Shown: piece after piece, positions 32,101-36,956 of the stretch
How the letters are laid out: each line of letters opens with the position of its first letter
How positions within the stretch are numbered: position 1 is the first letter of the stretch
NCBI GenBank assembly: GCA_024181965.1
Contig: BQXS01012585.1
Coordinates: 1 to 36,956 of the forward strand
Direction: 5' to 3'
DNA from: Aduncisulcus paluster
Taxonomy: Eukaryota
Length of the DNA: 36,956 nt
Notes under the pieces: generated by a model
The model's database searches: none
Told to the model about the DNA's origin: nothing
Seen by the model: only the letters and a program-made list of their open reading frames with translations
Translations under genes and position numbers: made by a program

Positions 32101-35100
32101 AGAACAACCACGTATTCTCATTCTTTTCTTCCTCTGCAAGTAACTCATCACCAGGAATTGTTATCAAGATCAACACTGATGGATTTATCTCAGTGATATG
32201 CTCCCGTGTGAGTGAAGGATTTACCATAACTTCTGGTGATATCACTCTGACTACTTTTGACTACATGGGATATACACGCAATTTACTTGTTAGCTCGCTT
32301 GATATTGTTCTATTTGAAATTATTCCTGTGAGATACAGCGAATACTATTCAAATAATGCAATTGTACTCAACTTTAATGGGTGTACAGCTGCTGCTTCAC
32401 AGGAATCTGGTTGTAAGTTTGGAGTATGTGGAAATACCATCTCTGGTGGAACATGTGTGTGTTCTGATGGATATTCCCTCGATGAGAACGCTGTGTGTTC
32501 CCTGTCTGTTGGTGTGTGTAGTGATCTCATGTTCTCTTCACCTTCCATTGTTATTGATGAATCAGACACCACTACAACCTCGACTACCATAACTTATCAA
32601 GCTACTGCTGGTGAAATTGATACAATTTCAATGTACAATCCATTACTCGATGACACATCTCAACTTCTCCTGGAGAATGATTCTAAGGTGGATCTGCTTG
32701 ATTTACACACCATCTCTCACGAAACTCCGTTGATTGTCATGGCCGGACAGAGGAGCCGTCTTCGTATTCCAATATCATCCTCTTATTCAGACATAGCCAG
32801 TCTCCCTACCTCCTCATTCTTGTACTTGTCAGACGTTCAACTTGAGACTGACACACAATCTGAGTTCGATCTCCTTTATATCCCTCCCATAGGTGGCTAT
32901 ACTGACTGGGATCTGATGATTGTGGCTGCAACTTCAGGAATCAGTGGTAAGATGCCTGGAACTGGGAGTTCTTCTGTTGATACTGACCACTCTGAACATG
33001 TTCTTATTCCGTCAACTTCATTTGGTGACTCTAGTTCTGCCTTGAACGTTTCTCTATCTCCCCCCATCGTTGTCAACAATGGTTCTGTCGTCTATGCTCG
33101 TGAGGTTCGAACAAGCAGTGTGATTGAGCAATATTATGATTCTGAAATCGGTGTCGAATTGCTTGATGATTCCAAGACCGTTATCCTGTCTTTCTCTTTC
33201 TCTGCCCTGATGGACCCTGATGTATATGATTCTCTTGGTCAGTTTGTTGTGTTTTATGGACAACCAACTGCCTCCTTCGTATCTGCTTGCGGTGGGATTG
33301 GCGATACTCCAGGTATTGACATCGAGGGATACTGGTTTGGTTTACGGTCAGAATTGGATGATAGCAGTAGTTCAAGCTCTGACGATGAGTCCACAACTTA
33401 TGGTTTCCAATTGCTCTTCTTTGTCTCACTCTCTGGTGCCCAATGTTCGTTGATAGCCCTGAATAACGACACTATCCCCTCAATCTCAGTGTCTGCTCTG
33501 AGCCAGCCCACTCTCAACGGGGACTTGCTCACGACTGAAAACTGTGGATTTTCTTCCCCTTCAATGTCTCATTTGGTTTCTTCGGCCCGTTATCCATCAC
33601 CCAGCGCTATTACTGACTCTGACCTTAGTGAACTCTCAGTGCTAAGTTTGGCAGATTTTGAACAAGGTGGCTGTGTGCATGGGGTCTGGAATATCGATTC
33701 TGAGGATTGTGAATGCTCCCTTGCATATACGAATGATATTTGTTCTTATGATAACTGTTCCAAGGTACCTTACGCCGTTTGGTTCATGTCTCAGCCTGGT
33801 TTTGCCCCTTACACGTGTCAGAGCATGTACAATACTGTCTATATGAAACCAAACGTGTCATCAACGATGGTGGTCTCAAGTTCGTCAGTGATTGGTAGGG
33901 AAGATTCCTTGGCATTTGCTGTTGTTGGAGAAGGCAAGAGACTGACTCTTTTGGGAGGACAGACTGATAGTATGTTTGTGTATGTCACAAAAGGGTCAAA
34001 GATTGCCATGGTTGGACATCGTTTCCTTTCTACTGAATATGCTAGTATGGGCTGTGGTGTCTATCTGCACTCATATGCAGCCGTAGAAACTATTAACTAC
34101 AAAAAAGAATGGGTGAACGTGTGGCTTATACCCGCAGCAAGTTCATACACAATCACAGAGACTACTATGGCAGAGGCTGATCTACCCACGATTGAAACAT
34201 TTGATCTTGATGATCCTTCACAAAAGTTTGAGATTTCAAGCCCAATTAGTCTTGGAGGTGTCTTTGTTAATGAATTCATTGTGACTCCTCGAGGCGACTT
34301 ATGTGCAGCATCTGTGTATAGTACTGTTGATGGTGGAATCGATGTTGATAACTGTAGTATTGGATTACTGGGTATTCTTAATGACTCTACAACTGAAAGT
34401 ATTGAAGACGCTTTCATGGATGCTTCCAGTGAGGAGTATTCAGTGACTAAAGTGACTCTTGGTGTTGAAGGGGATGCGCTGTTTAGCGTCTTGGAGACTT
34501 TCCACATTCAAATATACGGACAGTTGGGTTCCTCAACCTCTCCTGATGTTGTTGTCCACATTAGCATCTCTAACTGTGGTCAATATGAGGTGGTGATTGT
34601 ACAGTCCAACTCTTCCTCTTCAACTACTCTGACAATGAAGAAGTCAACGACTACCCTTGCTTCTTCTACTTTTGCTCACGATTTAGGTACATCCATAACA
34701 TTTGCAATAGTTCCCGTGACATACACATTGGAAAAAGACTATCTTACTTGTGTGAATGGAACTGTGGTCGTAGATGAGGGTACTGTCTCCTGTGAGTGTG
34801 ATGATAGATGGACGGGAGAGACATGCAATACGTGCTCTCTTGCTTACTGGGGAGATGAACTGGGTGGATGTCGTAAACCCAATTGTAGAGGTCGTTGTGA
34901 TGACTCTCGTTGTATTGCTCTAACTGACGATGCCGCTGTATGTAGCTGTGTTGATGATACACTGGAGTATCTGATCAATAGTGGCTCGCACCGATCTATA
35001 TTCTCTCGTGAGCTTGCACTGATTACTGCAGATGACTCCGATGAAGATTATCTTGATCTTGTTGACACTCATGGAGTTGATGTAGATATCTGCAATGTTA

Positions 35101-36956
35101 CTCTAAACCCACATAGTATCCTCTCCTTGAATAACATTGGTGTCAGTGGAAGTGTGATAGCTGGGAGCTCCAGTACGATCAATGTGACCGGAAATGTCTT
35201 CACTCTTGACAATTCTGTCCACATTTTCTCAAAGTCTCCAATCCAAAACACCACTGCCAAGGCTGAGATTTCTTCCCCAGCTTCGACTGACCTCATATGG
35301 GAGAGTGTGAGTGCTGACTTAAACGAGAGTAGAACTTTCTCTGCTTGTTTGATTGGGGAGGTGAGTGCATATTCTGCCAACATTTGTGATGTCAACACTG
35401 ATGATGATTCATGCGTTGAGGATTCTTGGCTGAGTTTCTCCTGCGATGACAGTTATTCCACAAAGATTATAGACACTAGTGTTAAGGAAAGGGGTTCTAT
35501 CATCGATGAGGCTATTAGTTCACTCACCAGTTTCTCCTCTTCCGAATGTTCTGATGCTGAGTCTGACTCTGATTGTCTTGTGGAGCTCAGTGTGTGGCCA
35601 TTCCCTTTGTATAGTTATAGAATTGTCTATTTACAGTTCAGTGCCGGTCAGATTCTATTTTTAGATGAGGATATGACATATATCGGTGCTTTCACACTGA
35701 TTAACGAGGAAGTAGATGCTCCTTATGATGTTTATTTCGATGATCTCGATGGTGATGATTCTGTTGAGTGTAAATGCTGTTCCCATCGCATTATTGTTCA
35801 AACATCTATTGAGACTTTGTCCTTCGCGGCTGAAGTTCAGGTTTCTCTGTACCGTGACGGGCGGATTAACGTGGATTATTTCCTCGAAGAACCAGTCGAC
35901 ATTGAAAGCAAGGTGAGGCCTGAACTTGTCGTTTCTGGCCGGTCACCGCCGTCTTTCTCTGTTCCTGATTCAAGCCTTATGTTTGATTACTCTTCTCACG
36001 AAGGATGTGAGGACTCTGATTCGCCCTATGTTGAGTTTAGTATTTCCTACATCCCTTCTCAATCATATTCTCTCAATCTTGCTGCAGATGAATGTGATAA
36101 TGTATGTTTGTTTGGAGAGTGTTCAGAGAACTACAATGGGGTCAACGGATGTGAATGTGGAGTGAGATTTATTGGAGACTTTTGTGAATCATGTGCTGGT
36201 GGCTGGGAAACTGAATCCAACACCGATATAAACGTTGAGCAATGTACCATTCCAACCTGTTCATTCTTCTCTGAATGTAATGACAATGGGACCTGCAGCG
36301 GTGATGAGTTATCCGGTGTCCAGGAATGTCTGTGTGATTCCGGATACGTTGGAATAAGCTGTGAAACTGCTACACCCAGTGTCGAATGTGCCTCGACTTG
36401 TCTTAACGGAGGATCATGTTTCTCTGGTGCCTGTGTGTGTCCAGATGGATATACGGGTGATACCTGCAGTGATCTTATCTGTTCTGATGGCTGTTCTGAA
36501 GATGTCGAGGGTGGAGAGTGTAATTCCTCCACGGGATTGTGTGAATGTAACACCAATTGGAGTGGTGACACTTGTAGTGAATACACCCCTGATGGATCTT
36601 GTCTATACGGTGTCAGTAATGGGTCTGGATGCACTTGTCAGCTGAACTACAGTGGAGATTACTGTCAATGTAAAAACAATTGCTCACTGCATGGTCTGTG
36701 TAACGAATGGGGATGTGAGTGTGAGGATGGATTCTCCGGTGGTGATTGTTCCGAAGCTAGAGTACCTGAAATCGACACTGATTCTATTTATATCGATTAT
36801 GCTGAAGCTGTCATCGGATTTTCATTCCTTTATGAGGTCACTATTTCCGGAATCAATGAAACTGATGTGACATTTGATTGTTCACTCTTAATTGAGGAGT
36901 ATGGTGAATCTGGCTCCTTTGGTGCCACTGTGAAGTACTTTGACTCGAGTTCCATC
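29193..36956 (+). CDS. Very large (>2588 aa, 3'-partial) secreted/surface protein with EGF/tenascin-like repeats
   Basis: ATG at 29193 (MGTNHCTFARRLILSFFIFLVFLFAFLP, signal/anchor). The same frame is open at the window end, and the ORF track lists no terminated ORF in it. Ser/Asp/Thr-rich, with EGF-like motifs near 32410, 33670, 34750 and clustered at 36090-36750 (e.g. CLNGGSCFSGACVCPDGYTGDTC). Confidence 0.9.
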   Translation, partial: MGTNHCTFARRLILSFFIFLVFLFAFLPVVYPFISLDIIGNSNSSHSLKKPATLNNIFLENGANLDIIDVDSLTNSSINIFMQEGARIQLSTSSYGSDSISTKNQLLTELPVSTPVVFPSSSDEYTLNIVGFASEYRLLEINSDIIDSLSSYSTSSNSFEDVVPLESPYVTTVNDSEVYLTEKLTCIEEIDEATAQDCLCVDFRSGVNESISRVCFCGDQAYVTSITFKVEEEEATGMCTHIFADEDYSLAILSVCVDKLGTLTTSSSYDCTMSIYSFFDHEGSQYKSSSLPGFSSLYSASSATIPDSSDCTAAAPCVMSFERVDGRSSFTEPHVTYLSCLSDADSDADLQDSLISSIGLTTTSATVISDFFLLSSWSTVGSSGTSLLNPIDIPTPNGLTYARSLSASASTSSTLTAVSVFHERDDNTDSFTLYGSNTNIWSPDAVVLTIDIIAEDDTRLADSSTVIRMYNPSADVFGIGLFSSDYAHLYSFFTIDAISGTINIASRIPIADYSIFIPGMHHRLEYSATPPSLPSSTTEMCSLLHVDSVSISGGIVSTKAFPSVLATTWTEDEYLLPVSDEYYININPIPIGTVLGRKFPIGCEVINVDDEGNDIDISEASVGAEYGKVSCYDNSSDPDNVPDADGFIIEIEMGSIALDDLESTDGIVGILAIHGTWSDASLHSCADVDPIWEIKEEDLQFYGTCELFFDDTDGEETFGVVGPGIIFNLSSLGDFYVAFNLGGSDDEYPDLSDSSSHLSDMYTAPFSIVNKVVFSQTNVVDDLMWTGPTGANDGNGFTSGVYLFGSALEYDSDNSSTSECVLARVPLYKELSSIVHHPGMNVQPWFVQMNSYVVSYVDFKKPLLSAELENGCVDDVDGNCVSLISNVSSFASNHTSYSSYAYSTTYTDETNGTYGIKFILGTIETDPNDSSVEVWVVRDSLIIEAPFNNGSSTFANKYTYNLEKGDVIEENNHVFSFFSSSASNSSPGIVIKINTDGFISVICSRVSEGFTITSGDITLTTFDYMGYTRNLLVSSLDIVLFEIIPVRYSEYYSNNAIVLNFNGCTAAASQESGCKFGVCGNTISGGTCVCSDGYSLDENAVCSLSVGVCSDLMFSSPSIVIDESDTTTTSTTITYQATAGEIDTISMYNPLLDDTSQLLLENDSKVDLLDLHTISHETPLIVMAGQRSRLRIPISSSYSDIASLPTSSFLYLSDVQLETDTQSEFDLLYIPPIGGYTDWDLMIVAATSGISGKMPGTGSSSVDTDHSEHVLIPSTSFGDSSSALNVSLSPPIVVNNGSVVYAREVRTSSVIEQYYDSEIGVELLDDSKTVILSFSFSALMDPDVYDSLGQFVVFYGQPTASFVSACGGIGDTPGIDIEGYWFGLRSELDDSSSSSSDDESTTYGFQLLFFVSLSGAQCSLIALNNDTIPSISVSALSQPTLNGDLLTTENCGFSSPSMSHLVSSARYPSPSAITDSDLSELSVLSLADFEQGGCVHGVWNIDSEDCECSLAYTNDICSYDNCSKVPYAVWFMSQPGFAPYTCQSMYNTVYMKPNVSSTMVVSSSSVIGREDSLAFAVVGEGKRLTLLGGQTDSMFVYVTKGSKIAMVGHRFLSTEYASMGCGVYLHSYAAVETINYKKEWVNVWLIPAASSYTITETTMAEADLPTIETFDLDDPSQKFEISSPISLGGVFVNEFIVTPRGDLCAASVYSTVDGGIDVDNCSIGLLGILNDSTTESIEDAFMDASSEEYSVTKVTLGVEGDALFSVLETFHIQIYGQLGSSTSPDVVVHISISNCGQYEVVIVQSNSSSSTTLTMKKSTTTLASSTFAHDLGTSITFAIVPVTYTLEKDYLTCVNGTVVVDEGTVSCECDDRWTGETCNTCSLAYWGDELGGCRKPNCRGRCDDSRCIALTDDAAVCSCVDDTLEYLINSGSHRSIFSRELALITADDSDEDYLDLVDTHGVDVDICNVTLNPHSILSLNNIGVSGSVIAGSSSTINVTGNVFTLDNSVHIFSKSPIQNTTAKAEISSPASTDLIWESVSADLNESRTFSACLIGEVSAYSANICDVNTDDDSCVEDSWLSFSCDDSYSTKIIDTSVKERGSIIDEAISSLTSFSSSECSDAESDSDCLVELSVWPFPLYSYRIVYLQFSAGQILFLDEDMTYIGAFTLINEEVDAPYDVYFDDLDGDDSVECKCCSHRIIVQTSIETLSFAAEVQVSLYRDGRINVDYFLEEPVDIESKVRPELVVSGRSPPSFSVPDSSLMFDYSSHEGCEDSDSPYVEFSISYIPSQSYSLNLAADECDNVCLFGECSENYNGVNGCECGVRFIGDFCESCAGGWETESNTDINVEQCTIPTCSFFSECNDNGTCSGDELSGVQECLCDSGYVGISCETATPSVECASTCLNGGSCFSGACVCPDGYTGDTCSDLICSDGCSEDVEGGECNSSTGLCECNTNWSGDTCSEYTPDGSCLYGVSNGSGCTCQLNYSGDYCQCKNNCSLHGLCNEWGCECEDGFSGGDCSEARVPEIDTDSIYIDYAEAVIGFSFLYEVTISGINETDVTFDCSLLIEEYGESGSFGATVKYFDSSSI

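Noticed and set aside
29474-36870. Numerous 60-170-aa ORFs on both strands
   Set aside because: Alternative-frame and antisense shadows of the single giant ORF starting at 29193; the same applies to short ORFs overlapping other long genes.
1-36956. Alternative genetic code (TAA/TAG=Gln as in hexamitid diplomonads)
   Set aside because: Conserved genes (RPT1, PAF1, RNase PH, SPFH) are open in the standard code and end at TAA/TAG at plausible positions.

Overview
AT-rich, gene-dense and intron-poor eukaryotic (protist) DNA using the standard genetic code. Gene style and lineage-specific families suggest a fornicate such as Aduncisulcus or another Carpediemonas-like organism (inference, not tested). 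Left to right: a hAT transposase with intact catalytic motifs and one Ac-like terminus; an acidic helical protein broken by a 1-nt frameshift; two internally duplicated hypothetical proteins; an EF-hand/C2/CEP76-like gene split by an assembly gap; an exosome RNase PH subunit; a ~0.93 kb degenerate Fanzor/TnpB-like element; TFIIE-beta; proteasome RPT1 with an in-frame 87-nt intron; a Cys-rich protein; an SPFH protein; two coiled-coil proteins; PAF1; and a >2588-aa EGF/tenascin-like surface protein that runs off the window and is missing from the ORF track. The Fanzor-like element is the main finding: RuvC-I/II/III and zinc-ribbon motifs, imperfect inverted ends, a candidate 7-bp TSD and 3' hairpins that could be an omegaRNA scaffold. 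Both 20-N gaps are flanked by exact ~300-bp duplications, most likely assembly artefacts.
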